Assembly (NCBI GenBank): GCA_013239625.1
Contig: MU053629.1
Location: forward strand, 468,676 to 532,675
Direction of reading: 5' to 3'
From: Lama guanicoe
Taxonomy: Eukaryota
DNA length: 64,000 nt
This document shows positions 27,447-41,222 of the stretch, one piece after another. The translations under genes were made by a program, and so were the position numbers. Position 1 is the first letter of the stretch; every line of letters begins with the position of its first letter. The notes beneath the pieces are model-generated. The model made no database searches, was not told the DNA's origin, and was given only the letters and a program-made list of their open reading frames with translations.

Positions 27447-29749
27447 TACTATTATTTTTCTAGCTTACATTTCAAAAGCCTAGATTTTAAAGATGTAATG
27501 TGATATAAGTATTAAGCTAGATTACTTTTCTTTATAAAAACTAACATAGCCATATTATGGAAAACTTGTAAAACATAATTGTAGAGTCAATGGATATAAA
27601 TATTTTTAAAGCTGTTCCGTACCTTGTGAAAAGGTGGTAGCACTTTAAAGGGCCCCAAGCAATTGTCTACAGTGCCATTTTCAGTACATTTTTGCCAGCC
27701 TTATTTTGCAATTTTTTCTTATTTTTAAAATGACAACATTGACACGTATTAGAGAATTCAAATAATATAGATATTTAGAAAATGAACTGTAAAAATCGCC
27801 ACCTTTTCCCACTTCTTTCTCAAGAGTGTTAGGAATTTGGTATGTGTCATTTCAAAGCTTTTAAGAAAATGTGCGTAAGAAGAAATGCATTTTATACCCA
27901 TGATTTAATATGAAAGGGACTAAACATTTGCTTACTTGGTGTTATGCTTTGTTACTTTATATAATTTAGGTGGAGAAAAGGCGTCCTTGTTATTTATAAA
28001 ATACTTCAGTTGTCAGGAAAAGCTTACATAAATGATGGTTCTGTTTAATAGTTATAATTTAATTTCTGTGCTAAGCGGCTAGCTTGTGATAAGTGTCTTT
28101 TAACCTAATTTTTATTTATTTGTTTATTTTTGCCAGTAGCCTAAGCTACAGAGCACAACACAGATTCAGTCTTGAAGTTTTATTATTTTCTCTCACCAGG
28201 CTTGACGAAGGATTTCAAAGAATTGAATTTCCTGATAGAAAAGTCCTTAACCCGTGGGTGCCGATGGGTAAACATTGGCCAGGATCAGTCAGGATGCTTA
28301 ATATAAGTCAGTACACAGATGTTTGTGGAATGATTAGAGTGTCAGGAACACTTGGGCATCAAAGGGATTCTCTAACCCGCCCCCACCACCCGACCTCGGC
28401 TGGAGGAAAGAGGACCTTCGAGGGGTGGCCGATGCCCTCTTGTGTGTTCCATGCCCGCAGAGACTACTTGGAGGGGCTGAAAATCCTCAAGGTATGACCT
28501 CCCTGATCTGGAGTGAGGAAGTGAGCCCTTTGTGTACCAGCTGTCGAGACTAGATATGGGACTTTTGGCTGAGTTTTAAGCCCTACTTATATCAGAAAGC
28601 TGTGGTTTTCACTTGGGATGGCATAGATAAGATAAAAACGCTACCGGGAAAGAAAGACTAAAATGTTAGTAGCGTTGATTGATGGAAAAACTCAGAACTG
28701 CAGACCTTTGAAATGAGTGGCATATATTATATTTCTAGAATGATGGGACAGGGAAATTGTACAGATTTAGGGTTACCTGTTGACTATTTAGAAAAAAATA
28801 AAAAGTATGATTTTGCCAAGAAGGACACTTTTCTGGAAAGAATGGAAAAGATGAGATCATGCTCCTGGCTGAGTGTCTTCACCTCACAGTGAGACAGGCC
28901 TAAGAGGCTCGATCTTGCAGGACATAGGATTCTATTTTGCAATCAGGGAGTGTCACTTAGGTAGGAACTTTGCACCTGAATCCTGAATTCAGTACTCTAC
29001 CAAGACTTCAGCAGGTCTCCTTGTAGATGTGAAGAAAACCTAAGGGTTTGGCAGAGATGTTCATTTGCTATAAAAAATGCACAGAATTTTCGAGTTTTGT
29101 GAAATCTATCCCACTTAAAAAGAAAAAAGAACACCCTTCCCATAGGTTAGGAATTATGAGATCTCTTCCTTGTGAGAGTCTTAGTTGACTTATGGGATGA
29201 TGGTTTTCTAGTGCAGGCATTCAGATAAACATCAAAAACCTAGAGGCACACCCACTAAAGTGCATAGTTTCTCTTCCAGAACATCTATGGGAGAGGCACT
29301 AAGGAGAATGTTTAAAGGGAAATATTTCAGACAGTTGTCCACAGTCCTCTAATTTTTTTTTTTTGAGAACATAGTCCTTTTATTTTTATTCCTGACAAAT
29401 AGTAAGGAATTTTTTTCTCCTCTACTAATTTTCAATTTGTGAATATTTATGAAAGGGCTTGCTTAAAATGTTCCTTTATATTAATTTTATTTTTGGTTAC
29501 AAAGTTTAATTATATATATATATATATATGCACACATAATATATATTATTAACAATATTTGAATTCTCACTTGTTAGGAAATATTTAAACATTAGAGGAA
29601 ATTTGAGAGTAAAATATCATAGATCAAGTTAATCATGTTCCCTCCTCAAAAAAATCCTTTGTAAATAATGTCTCATTGCTGCATGTCTTTGGCTGCGTTT
29701 ATAAAACATAGAAGATTTAAGTATATTGTTGCCACATTTGTGAGCTTTT

Positions 29750-30660
29750 CTTTGTCTTCGGGCTCTGTGAATATACATGAGAGTCTTCATAGTTTTTTCT
29801 GGTTCTAGAACTTTTTACCTTTATACCTCTCATCTACCTGGAATTTGTCGTGTGTCTGGTAGTGTTAGACTTGTAACTTAGTGTTCGTTTATGTGACTTT
29901 TTAGTTTCCCAATATCATGTGTCAAATAATTTGCTCTTTTTACTTATTTTGAATGACAGGTTTATTTTCTCCTTGGTGCCCCCACATTTGTTCTGTGTAT
30001 TCTCTATCTTGTTCAATTTCTTTGTGTGATGATACCACATCGTTTTAGTTACTATAGCTTTGCAGAGTGTTTAGTTTTGTCAGGATGAGTTTCTCGACAT
30101 TATTTTAAAAAACATATTTTAGCCGTTCTGAAGCTTTTTCTCTTCCAATTAAACTGTAGGATAAGCTTTGTAAGTTCTGCGGAACATCCTGTTGCTGTGT
30201 TGGCTGGATCATACTGATTTTTTAAATTGCTGTCTGACAGTGTTCAGTCTTCCCATCTGGAAAACGGTAGTTCTCTCCATTATTTGTATCCTCTTTTATG
30301 TCCTTCAGTAAAATACAAAGTAAGACTGAGCTGGTGTATTTATAAGTAGGTTTATTTCTGGGTGGTTTTTTTTCCCCCCTTTCCCTCCCTCCCTTCTGTC
30401 CCTTCTTGATATTATGAGTGGAATTTTTAAAAATGACATTTTCCAAATGGTTTCTGTATCCGACCATCTATAATCAGCTAGATTCTAGGCAGACAGGCAT
30501 TTGATTAACAAGAAATGAAAAAGGCCTGCCTTCTTCCATTTTATCTTACTTGATTTCTCTGCGTTGGTTAGAGGGCAAAGTAAAATGTTGAACAGAAATA
30601 GCAGGCATCCTCTCGACGTCCTCATTTTAGTGGGACGTTACTTGGATTCCACCATTTACT
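29750..30660 (-). mobile_element. Old L1 ORF2 remnant
   Basis: ATACCACATCGTTTTAGTTACTATAGCTTT, AGTCTTCCCATCTGGAAAACGG, GGCATCCT. The minus-strand ORF has LLKDIKEDTN, resembling L1 ORF2 LLKEIKEDTNKW. Confidence 0.65.
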
Positions 30661-30951
30661 GCTTATTTCCTTACGTTTCTAATTTAGTTGTCTTTATAGG
30701 AAAGACAACTTATTTATAAGAAAATATCAAATTGACTATAATCAGGGGAAATGATTAAGGCACTGATTGTTTCCCAAAGGACTTGGCAGCGATGTGGGAT
30801 GTGCGACACACACAAAATGTTCCTAATTCATTGAGGTGCCCCTACTTGATTCCCCTAAGGAAGTCACAGCGTAGAGGAGCCTCTGAGGACTTCCTGGATC
30901 ACAGGACCTCTGCAGCAACCCTTGGAGCACACTTTGAGCCAGGCTGACTTA

Positions 30952-31052
30952 TTTTTTAAATTTTTTACTACTTTTGGTAGAGATACCTGGGATTGAACGT
31001 GAGACCTCGTGCATGCTAGGCACGTACTCTTCTACTGAGCTATACTCTCCCT
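30952..31052 (-). mobile_element. tRNA-derived SINE (Vic-1-like)
   Basis: GGGATTGAAC..GACCTCGTGCATGCTAGGCA..CTACTGAGCTATACTCTCCC, with a 14-bp TSD GCCAGGCTGACTTA (30938-51) / GCTGGGCTGATTTA (31053-66). Confidence 0.85.
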
Positions 31053-34000
31053 GCTGGGCTGATTTACATGAACCTGTTGGTCTGATTTTTCTGAAGGGTG
31101 TAGGTTCAGTAGAGGAGTCTAGCCAGTGGCTGTGACCTAGGCTAAGGTGGAGTCTCGGGGTATAAAAGTCATGTTCTCCTTAAGAAGATGGAGCCACACT
31201 GCCCACAGAATAAATTGGTAGGCTTGGGATTCAGAAATCCTTACTAATGGTCAGATCTTTACATCTGATCTGGGACTCTGAGGTCTTCACGGGAGCAGTG
31301 AATTTAGAGATGTCAAGAGCCAGAGGTAAGAGAGGAAGAGAACGACACACAACGTGCAAGGTGGTAGCCCAGGAGTTTCATGTGGTTGAGGGGCCAGCGT
31401 CTGGGTTGCCGGAGCTGGGAGGGCAGAGTTACAAGCACAGGCTCGGAATGTAACCTCAGTCCTCACCTGTAAACAGTCGTCCTTTTCTGCTTGTCCATTC
31501 CACTACCTGGGAACACTTGCACTAGGTAAATTTTAAATTACCACGTGTGCCTGAAAGACAGCAGCCCGAATAGATTTACAGGAAGGGGTTTCTGACTGTG
31601 ATTCCCAGGCCCCTGCGTAAGCTGCACAACTCGGGGCTCCAGGTCTTATTCGTTTCCGCCAGAGCAGCTCTGCTTCTATGAAACTACCTTGCTTACTGGC
31701 TTCTGAGTAAAATTACAATGAAAGAATACACTTTGCTGCTTTAAAAAAAAAAATCCTTGAAAGCCATCATTGTCATTCATTTTACTAATTTAAATCATGT
31801 CTGCACAGTAATACTGATCTCGCCTATGTAACTTTGGGCATTTTTATATTCCAACTCAGTTGCATCTCTCAGTGAAAATTTCTTCGAATACAGGATTTAA
31901 AAGTGATTTACTTACCCATTTTACATGCATTTTACAGCAGTTAGGATGTGCGTGTGTGATTGGGTCAGTCATGGACATGTTCTATTTCCTAATAAATGAT
32001 AAGCTTCTTAAGGACCAACTTTTGTCATTGTCTTTACTTGTTCTCTGTCTCTGCTCCCACCTTCATCCTGAGTACCTGTCACAAGTTCAGAATGTAGTTC
32101 TGCTTGGACGGCTGTGAATGGACAGCCCCTTCCCCCTCTGCTAATGATGTGAACAAGAAGGCAGCCCAGGAGGACTTCAGAGGCAGGATCTCCCAGCAGC
32201 CTGACGTGCCCCTGGTCTTGCTGTGTGCAGGCCAGTGATGAAAAAGGGAGTGCCAAGTAGCCTACCCCGGGGAATTGCAGTATTTCACTAGGATCACCAA
32301 AAATTGAGTCAGGAGAGCTTGCCAGCCAGAACCTCTCCCAGTTCTGCGTGGGCTATGGTCTGAGTAACTGAGGCCAGCGGATATGGCCTCAGCCCAGAGG
32401 AATTATAATGAAGTCTTGTTCCACAGAGGGATTATCAGCTTCATCCTCAGTGCTCAGCTACACCCTTCCTGGGTAGGTTGGGGTCCTTTCTCTTGTAAGG
32501 AACGTTCTCTGGCAAATCTGGCCCAAAGCGAGCTGCGCCCTCCACTCTTTAGCCAGACTGTGTGTATTACATCACTAACATTTTCTTACAGCCCTGCTGC
32601 TGTGTTCTGCAGTTACCCAGAAAGAGGTTTTGTCTGCCTTACCAGCTCTAAGATAGTGCTGGACACATACTGGGTGATTTATTTCAGCCAGGGGTCTTTG
32701 GTGGTGGTAGAAATCCATTTACACCAGTTTGGTCAACAGGGAAGTTTTCTGTGTGTTGTCTTGGACATCACAGGATGGGAAATACAGGAGCCCTGGGGCT
32801 CAGGGGAAACTGGGCTGAGACACTCAAGGTGCTCTCCTGGGTTACTACATTTCTGGGCCTGTCTTGGGGTGTCCTTGATCCTCTTGTTACGCACTTGAAC
32901 TTGCAAGGCGTACCCTGGCCTTTTTGATGTCCTAACCTTTCAACCTCCCCGCTAGGGTTCCATTAAGTAGAAGCACTCAGAGTTACTGGGGACAATCTCA
33001 GCCAAAATTGGCTTGTTAGAGCCAGGTAGCATACACAGGAGATCCCTGGCCTGACAGTGGGTCAGCTGCCTTAGGGTCAGAGCTCCAGCCCTGCCAGACA
33101 GCTCTGGGTGGGGGGAAGGGAAGGAGGTGGGGCAGGCTCCTTCTGATCGACCTCGGAACCTTTCTCGTACACTCCCCAAGTCTTTGCTCAATAATGATGT
33201 GATGTATTCTTTTTGCCAACTCTAGTACGCACTGCTTTGAAACGATATTTACCTATAACTTCTATCTTTCCTCGAAAGAAATGTCAACCATTCTGGAATA
33301 TGTCTTCCAACGGGCCTGCGAGCCCCCGCCCTGCGGCTCAGCCCTCCTCTGGGGTTGGATCCTAGCTCAAGTATGTGAAGAAGGCAGCCAGATAGCACTC
33401 CTGCACAGCACTGCCGTTCCTGCCAGGAGGCAGAGAGTGAGGAACGGCTCCACTGAGAACAGCGTTTGCAAAGATTCTGTGCACGGATACGGCTTTGTAG
33501 CCTCTGTCACCACCTTTCACCAGCTGAGTGTGCAGAGCGGAGGCAAGCGAGAGGCTGTGTGAGCATCCAGGAGTGTCCCCTGGGCTGGCATGGCTCTTCC
33601 CGGAGAGTAAAAAACGATTTGCCTTTCCGTTTGTACAGAATGTCCCTGCTTCCCCCCTTTCCTCTGCAGAGTAGGAAATGAAAACGAAATCACCATTCTA
33701 AAATGACAGAGAAGAAAAGAGCTAGGCTGCCTGAGTCACAGAAGTCGGTTTCTAACGCTGCGCCTTGTGGCTTCATCAGACCCAGGCATTATTTTGGAGT
33801 GGCTTGAATAATAGGGCTTACACCTAATCAAGGAGAAGGAATTCCAAACAAAAACCCGGGTGGGGTTTCCTGGGCAGGAGTGTGATATTGTAAATGGGAA
33901 GCCGAGTTCTGTAGTCCAGTCTCTGGTCTGATTACACGAATCACTGCAGGGGCCCTGTTTTCAAAGGAATGTGACACGCCCCAGCGGGCCCCTCCTCTGC

Positions 34001-36949
34001 GGGTGTGTCTGCATTTCCTTAAGCCCTCTCCTTAACAGTTAAAGCGTTCGCTGGAGGGGCCAGAGCCTCACGTGGAGTAATTCTGCTGCCTTCCTTAGGG
34101 TCTCTGCCAGGGGACCATTTCACAGGTGAGTTTACCTTACATCCGAGTCCTTTAGGGAGTCCTGTGGCTGGACCCTCCACCCTTCGCCTGCGTTACTCAA
34201 CCGAAAGTGCAGGCGGGGTTCTGACACTCCACGAACAATTGCCAACATTTCCAAACACTTAACAAGCCAAACACTGTATGGGATTCAGGAAAACGTGTAC
34301 ATAAAAGTTCTCTTTTCTTAACAAAGGGCATCATTTTCTGCACCCACGCCTGGTAGCGTGCTGCTGTCCGCTGTCCTCAGGCTTCAGATCACCACTCCTG
34401 CCTCATCTTCTTCCAGAATATTCCCGACCCCCTGGCTTGGCCTGTCTGAACCACTTGAGGCTTCCCTGATGTGCCAGGGTCTTGCCCCTCTCAGGAGCTC
34501 TCTGGCTTACAGTATCCCGCCCACCTCTACCCCCTTTCCTCTCTTCTCAGCCTGCAGAATTGAACATCCTCTCCCTTGAGCAGCCTGCCCCAGTCGAGGG
34601 AGGCCCCTGTCCTCCATCCTGCCCTGACCTCCCCACCCCCCACCTCGCTGTCTCTGTTCGATGCCAAGGACCGTGTCTTACTCATCTTCACATCCCTGAG
34701 ACCTGGTGCAGAATAGGTACACCCAAAGGGTTTGGGGGAAATTCTCTCCTTTTAAACTCACTGTATGTTCTAATTTTATTTTTCTCTAGAGCCAACTGAC
34801 ACCCCATTTCATATAAATATGTTTCTATTATAGCCTTGTCTCCTTACGATCTTGAATTCTTTTTTTCCTGGAAACCACTTTAGTTGGTTCCTGCCCGTGT
34901 GTCTTGCTGCCTTATCTCTTGCCTCATTTCCAGGCACCAGGAGGGCAGGAACTGTGTGACAAGGGGTCGCTGAGAAGGTCGCCTGAGTCCCCGTGTCCCT
35001 GGGTGTTGGCCCTCATTTTAACTTGCAGTTGGTTGTGGCTACAGAGTTGCACTCACGCAGGTGGTGGTGCGCACCCTCTGGCTGCTCCTCCTCTGCTCCC
35101 TGGTCTAGCCTTCCTGAAATGCGCCTTTTCTTTTAAAACACCACGCCTTTGAGCTCCTTCTTGCATATTGTGCCCAATTGCCGCTGTCCCTCTCCAGTGT
35201 GTTAGGTGTGCTTTCTGCCATTTCTCCCGAGTCAGCTCCACCTGGCTCCTGTGGGAACCTTCTGCAGGTCCTTCAGGTTCCATGACCAGTATCCCCCCAG
35301 AACACTTTGGACCAACCCCTCCCCACCCCCTACCCCCAGTGCGTCACGTTATCTTGTAGCTATTTGTTTGTGGGTCTCCCTCCCTCTGGGCTGGGGGATG
35401 GTTCTGTGGCAGAGACTGGCCGAGCTCTTGTGTTTTCAGCGCCTAACCCAGTGCTCTGTGTGCACTTCCTACTTTTTGGGCCAGTACATTTGTTCAGAGG
35501 GGCATTTAATTTCTAAAATAAATAACCGTATGCACATCCTCAGTGGTGGTGTTTTAACTTTTAAAATTATTGCCCATGTCCTAATATTGTCAAAAGCTGG
35601 GGCTATAAACAGGTTGTGCCTTTTTCACAGATGAGGAATGGAGACCGGGGGGCCAGACCTGTAGCCACACGTCTTGCATGAGACAAGAGGGTGACTGAGG
35701 CCTGGGCCTTCAGAGGTGGACTTTCCCCCATGTGTATCCCATAGTCGCGGACACTTGGAGCAGGATGTCTCTGGTCTGACCTTCTGTGTCTAGTGCCCCA
35801 GCTCCTTCGCAGGAGAAGCCGGGAGACGGAGAAAGTTCCCACCGGGGCAGACGTGAGCCTGGGCATCGGTGCCGGGGTTGCCAGGAGATCAGGTTTGCCA
35901 TCTCAGGTGCACCTTGGCACCCAGACTCCCTTGGCTGGAGAGCAGTCAAGAGTTCACACGTGAGGTTGGCACAGTCTTTAGTGGGAAATCTCTCGGCTTC
36001 TCATCTAAGCAGGTGGACTTGGTTGGTAGTAGCTGTAACCACAGTTGAATTTCGGTGATAAAGGGGAATGAATGGCTGTGAAATAAAGCAGCTCTGTGGC
36101 ACGTGAGGGAACTTTTGTGATGGTACAGATGAGTTGCCGCTGTTTCAGTTGCCAGACGTGTCTGTTACACACACGGGCCACCTGTGGGAAGGTAAAGAGT
36201 AGAAACCAGACAAGAAGAGAATCTATGACTGGTCACTGTGGAGGTCGGTTGTGAGTTCTAGTTCAGGGTTAACAGTCAAGCTAAAGACAGTCTCTCCCAG
36301 CTTTAAAACTGCAGCTGATGGAGCAGTGATTAGGTGTGAGTTTGTTCTCCTTTCTGCCTTCTTCGGGTGAAAATGCTGTTAAACTCTTTGGTGATCACCA
36401 TTCTCCCTCTTCCTTGCCACTCTGTGTCGTTTTCCTCGTGCCACTGCCCTTCCTTGTCCTGTTCCCAAGATCCATGCTGCAGGGGAAAATGTTAACATCC
36501 TTGCCCTGTTGACAGAAGTGTGTCTCCAACGTGGTTTCAGAGGCTCGGTCCAAAAGCTTAGGTGGTTTTTAGACATTGGTCTTCTTGAAACCCATCCCCT
36601 CTTGCCCACTGTGGGAAAGGATGCCAGACTGTTCCCTGGCTCTATTCCAAGTGTGTCAACAGCCAACTGGTCTCCAGTTCACCAAGGGCAAAAAAATATT
36701 GGGTAAACATGGCCGTTGGAAAGAAGCAAATATTTGTCTTGGCAGTTGTAGTTTCTCAAGTGTCTGGCCCCTCTTGTGTTAGTGAACAAAAAATAAGAGC
36801 TACCCCAGGGGGCATGGCATCAAATACCACATCTGGTTAAAGAATATTGCTAGAAATATGTAAATACAGGGCTTGTGAACACCAATATGATCCTCTCTCT
36901 CTAAACAAGCCTGAATCTTCCTTTAGCCCTTAATTTTGATTGCTTAAGG

Positions 36950-37159
36950 CAGGTCTTCTCAACGTTGGCCCATTGACTTCTAGGTCAGATGGTTGTAGTG
37001 TGGGGCTGCCCTGTGCACGGGAGCATGTTGGGCAGTGTCCTTGGCCTCTAACCATCAGATGCCGGTAGCACCCCTCCCTAGTTGTGCCAACTAAAAATGT
37101 CTCCAAACAATGCCAGATGTCCCCTGCGGGGCAAACTCACCCCGGGCTAAGAACCACTG
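36950..37159 (+). mobile_element. MER20, near full length
   Basis: CAGGTCTTCTCAAC...AAAAATGTCTCCAAACAATGCCAGATGTCCCCTG...AAGAACCACTG, with a degenerate 8-bp hAT TSD GCTTAAGG / ACTTAAGC. Confidence 0.88.
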
Positions 37160-37867
37160 ACTTAAGCCGATCCTTTGCAGAGTAGCAGTGCGTAAGGTGT
37201 CCTGAGTTTGGTGATGAAAGGGTAAGGATGTGTGCGTGTGTCTGTCTGTGTGGGGTAGGGAGGCGTGGTGGTTGGATTGCCTTACTTTCACTCTTACTTC
37301 TTGAGTCGTCTTTCAACCCAGCTGTGCTCAATATGGTCCCGATGTGAGTCTCACAGAAGTGAGGGCAGTAGGTGATGATCAGATCAACATTGTTGGCTGT
37401 TACCTTTTAGAGCCGGTATTATGCATCACCTCTGGCTTATTGCCATTCCTCTGGTGGCTTTAAGATGGGGATGCCAGTCACACTGGCGGTGCCTGACACT
37501 TGGCACCTTTCCATTGCTTGACTCCTCAGCTGAGCAGCAAAGCATAACAGGAGTCTATTGCCCATCACACCTGTGAATCAGTCAAACTTACTTCATGTCA
37601 TCGGAGGGGAAGGTGCCAAACTTGGATGTCAAGGTGACACACTGTTTGAGCAGGTGTAGTTCCCGGACCATCTCAAGCGTGACTGCATGTATGTACAGCC
37701 AGCTAGTCTTGCTTCCTTAGAAAACTTACAGAAAAGACTCTATCCCTATGGAACTGTTGATCTACCTTTAAAGCCTTAGGCATTTTCATCATTTCAGCAC
37801 ATTTTCAGAGTTTCGAGTTTGCTGCTGTACTGTCATCAGACTAAACACAATTAGGTTGCAAATAATC

Positions 37868-37917
37868 GCCACAACATTGTAAAAAGACTATAACTCAATA
37901 AAAAAAAGTTAAAAAAA
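37868..37917 (+). mobile_element. Tiny L1 3'-terminal fragment
   Basis: ACAACATTGTAAAAAGACTATAACTCAATAAAAAAAA resembles the laurasiatherian L1 terminus. Confidence 0.55.
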
Positions 37918-37949
37918 TGGACTGTACCTTCATATGTTGCCTCTCATTT

Positions 37950-38320
37950 GTTTTTGGTTTTTAATTGGAAATTGGAAACATCTGCTGAACTAGAATGAGC
38001 AGTATAGCCTCCTGGTACCCATCACCTTGCTTCAGTGATGGTTAATATACAACCCCTTTTGTTTCATCAAGAACCCCCCCTTCTCCACCCACTTGACTAG
38101 TGTGAGCGTCCTGAGCATTGCATTTCATCTGTATGTATTTCAGTATGTAACTCTGAAAGACTGGGGCTTTTTTCTTAAACATAATGATCATCTCTAAAAA
38201 TAAATGAACCAGCATTAAACCTAAAAACGCCTTTATACTACATAAGTGTTTCCTCTGGTTGACTTGGTCTCTTTTAGTCTATTGGATACTCGTCTTAGTC
38301 TCCGGGTGCAAGGACAGGAC
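37950..38320 (-). mobile_element. Old L1 (L1MC/ME-like) 3' fragment
   Basis: TACCCATCACCTTGCTTCA, CATTTCATCTGTATGTATTTCAGTATGTA..TCTGAAAGA. Confidence 0.5.
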
Positions 38321-39814
38321 AGGTTCCGGAAACCGTCTTCACTGGCTCTGTGTCCAGCGTGTTGATAGGTGGAGGTGCGGTGCCCAGGGCAGGTAGGAAC
38401 ATAATAGGTACCTGCTTGTCTTCTGACTCTGGGAGCTCTTCCTTCCAGGTTCTCTGGCTTGATGTGGGTTACAGGCAAGGGAAGTACTGAGATGGCAGGT
38501 ACCTTGAATTGCCTGGCCGCTCCTGAGCACATACCTGGTGTTAGGTGCCTGCCGTCTGCCTCCCCCCTCCCTCCCACCCCTGCCTTCCCCCTTTCAGTGA
38601 AGCCTTTTAACCTACTCTCTGCCGGACTCTTCTATGCCAGTATGTGTGGTAGCAGCCAGAGGTCTGGAAGTGCATGAAAACCTAGTGCAGGAATACCTAG
38701 TGACCAAGCGCTGCGTGAGTGACGACATGGAGCCCGGAATGCTGCTTCCCAGCACTTTCATTCCAGGCTCCTTCCTGGCCCTTGCCCTTCCTGAGTCACT
38801 GTTGCCCTGGCCGGCCTCCCTGGGGTTGTGTTCCCTGTCCCACACTCCCTAGGGCCCCGGGTCTGGAGGAGGGAGCTGACTCACTGCTGCCACCTCCCAG
38901 TTGCCCTTCCTGCAAGTCCACCTCCTCCTGCCCTGTGCCAGCTTGCCCCGTGGCGCCTCCCGAGCCATGTGCTGCGCCCCTCCCCCCCATGCCCAGCTAA
39001 GCCAGGGAGCTCAGCCCCCACCCGTCGGCCTTGCCACCTCCCCCATCTCTTGCCTGGCGGGCAGCTGCAGCACCCCGGCAGGGGCACCTGTGAACTACTC
39101 GCTGACCCTTGGCTGGCTCTCCGTCCAGGCCTGGCCTTCTGGCTTCCCTACCCACACCCTGAGGCAGGTGTGGGTTTTCCCAGAAGAGTGCCCCCTTGGC
39201 AGTTTCTGTGCACCTTGGCGGCACCCCCACTCTCTGGTCTTTGACCTCACTGAAACCTCCCTGTCGAAACTCCTCCTTTTGCTCCCACTCTGGTAGGCTC
39301 CCCTGCTTTCACTTCCTCCTGGCTCAGGGACCTGAGCTTCCCGATGCCTTTGCCCTGAGCCTTGGGGAGTGAAGGCTGCATGGTTTCCTCTGGGGACGTC
39401 ATTAGGGGCCAGCGACCGCACACACCGTGAGCCACTGCCTCTGCTCAGCGCCTGGTCCACACACGCTTAGGTTCTCCCGCGAGGCATGCAGACTTCTCAC
39501 CTTGCTTTGAGTACCCTTACTCCACCTTCTCCTTGGCACTCACTTTTCATAGAGAACACCCCTCCCATGCCACATGGAAAACGGTGGTCCCTGAGGTGCC
39601 TCCTGCCCTGCTTCCATCCTCTCTCCCTGCCAGTGTCCAGTGTGAGGGAAGAGCCCTGGGGGGGAAGGACCTCCTTTTCCTCATCTCTCCAAGGCCTCCC
39701 TTTTCCCGGAATCCTTCTCCTCTGGCTGTGGTTTCTCCTTCCCTTCCGTCTACAACTTGCCCAACTGCCTGAATGTTTTTTAGCATCAAAACCCACTGTC
39801 CTGGAAACCCTGAG

Positions 39815-39940
39815 GGATATGTGTTATTAACCCTTTTTATAGATGAGAACACCGAGGCTCAGAGAAGCAGCAGCTTCCCAGGCACGAACAGCTGGTGACT
39901 GCCGGCTGCGGGGTCAGAACACGGCTGCCTGACTCCTTGC
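39815..39940 (-). mobile_element. MIR SINE
   Basis: TTATTAACCCTTTTTATAGATGAGAACACCGAGGCTCAGAGA..CTGCCTGACTCC. Confidence 0.7.
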
Positions 39941-40691
39941 TCAGCCCCGAGCCTTGGGCCACAGGCTCCGGGAAGGCTGCAGCCTTCTTAGGATCCTGTC
40001 CGTTGGCTGGGGCAAGACTGAGGAGGAGTTTTGAGACCCAGTGTAATTGAGCTGACCGCCAGGGCGAGTCATTTGATGCTTAAGCTGCTTAACTCTCTGC
40101 TGCTTGATATTTTGGGTACCATCTATCTTGCCACCTCAATTGTGAATTCTTCAGGGGCTGCCTCTTCTTTTTTCTGCCCCTCAGAACATTTTGTTCATTG
40201 TTGCCGCTTACTAATGGGCTCCTTACTCCCCTAGAAATTTTTAGCTTTTAGCTTCCACCTAGAAGGCTTTTTAAAAAAACAGCATTACTTAATTTCCCTG
40301 TGTGTTTGATGAACACTTGACATTTTTGTTTAGTTGAGGTGTAATCATTCCACATGTGAACTTTAATTTGTATACAATTTAATGTTCAGGTGGGACCCAT
40401 CACTTCTGTGTTGTATCCTAATGTGACTGATAACCCATTGGCATTTTGTAATTGAAGAAATATAGCATTGTAATTGTAGAGGTAAAAGTACTCTAGTGTT
40501 AGGGACCCTAATCCTAGCTAAGTCATGGAAATAGTTCTGCTTTATTCATGCTCTCCTAAGCGGTGGTTTCTCCCTGCCTAAAAACATGGTCTCAGCTCCC
40601 TCTCCCCTGTAGTTGTCTCCTGCCCCCCCCTCCTACAAATGTAGAATGAAATGGCCAGAAAAAGGGAGGATTCTGGTGAGTTGGTCTAGAT

Positions 40692-40925
40692 GAGTGTTTC
40701 TGAAAGGAATGGTGGGTAATTTGTTTTTGTCAATAAAAAATAGGATAGAAATGAAATATTTGAAAAAAAGACATACAAAATATAAATGCTTTTATTTTTG
40801 TTACATTCAACCAACATAAACACTTTGTCGCGTTGCTGTAAATGTTTACTCTCAACTTCTGTACTTGTCTTACTGCAGAACAGTCACAAACGAGTTGTGG
40901 GCAGACCACCCTGTGGGTAGCAGTG
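40692..40925. mobile_element. hAT-Charlie MER-like element
   Basis: Ends resemble CAGTGTTTCT / TAGCACTG, with a degenerate 8-bp TSD GTCTAGAT / GGCTAGAC (NTCTAGAN-type target). Confidence 0.5.
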
Positions 40926-41111
40926 GGCTAGACACTTAATTCATCAATTTCCATGGAGTCACTTTCTTTTTTTAACCAAATTACTCCAACTTACTCTGAT
41001 CTCCGCTGATTTCAAAGAAGCACAGCTGGGAAGCATGTTAAAGTCTACTTACCTTCAGAAGTCGGGTGTAATGTTTGCTCAACTTTCCTTTAAGGAAAAA
41101 TCAGTGTTCAA

Positions 41112-41222
41112 TATGAAAACAAATATATGTATGTATATGTATGGCTGAAACATTATGCTATACGCTGGAAACTGACACATGGTAACTCAGTATACTGCAA
41201 TTAAAAAAACAAAGGAAAAAGC
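41112..41222 (+). mobile_element. Extremely 5'-truncated L1 3' end with TSD
   Basis: TATGTATATGTATGGCTGAAACATTATGCT..GAAACTGACACAT.GTAACT..TATACTGCAATTAAAAAAA, with TSD ATCAGTGTTCAA at 41100-11 and 41223-34. Confidence 0.8.

Noticed and set aside
28200..28491. Possible coding exon after TTTTCTCTCACCAG within the 134-aa ORF
   Set aside because: The acceptor is good, but the donors are only moderate (GTAAAC, GTATGA) and the peptide is unrecognisable; insufficient support.
38233..39852. Dense overlapping ORFs on both strands
   Set aside because: GC-rich sequence poor in stop codons gives Pro/Gly/Cys-rich translations with no recognisable domain or exon structure.
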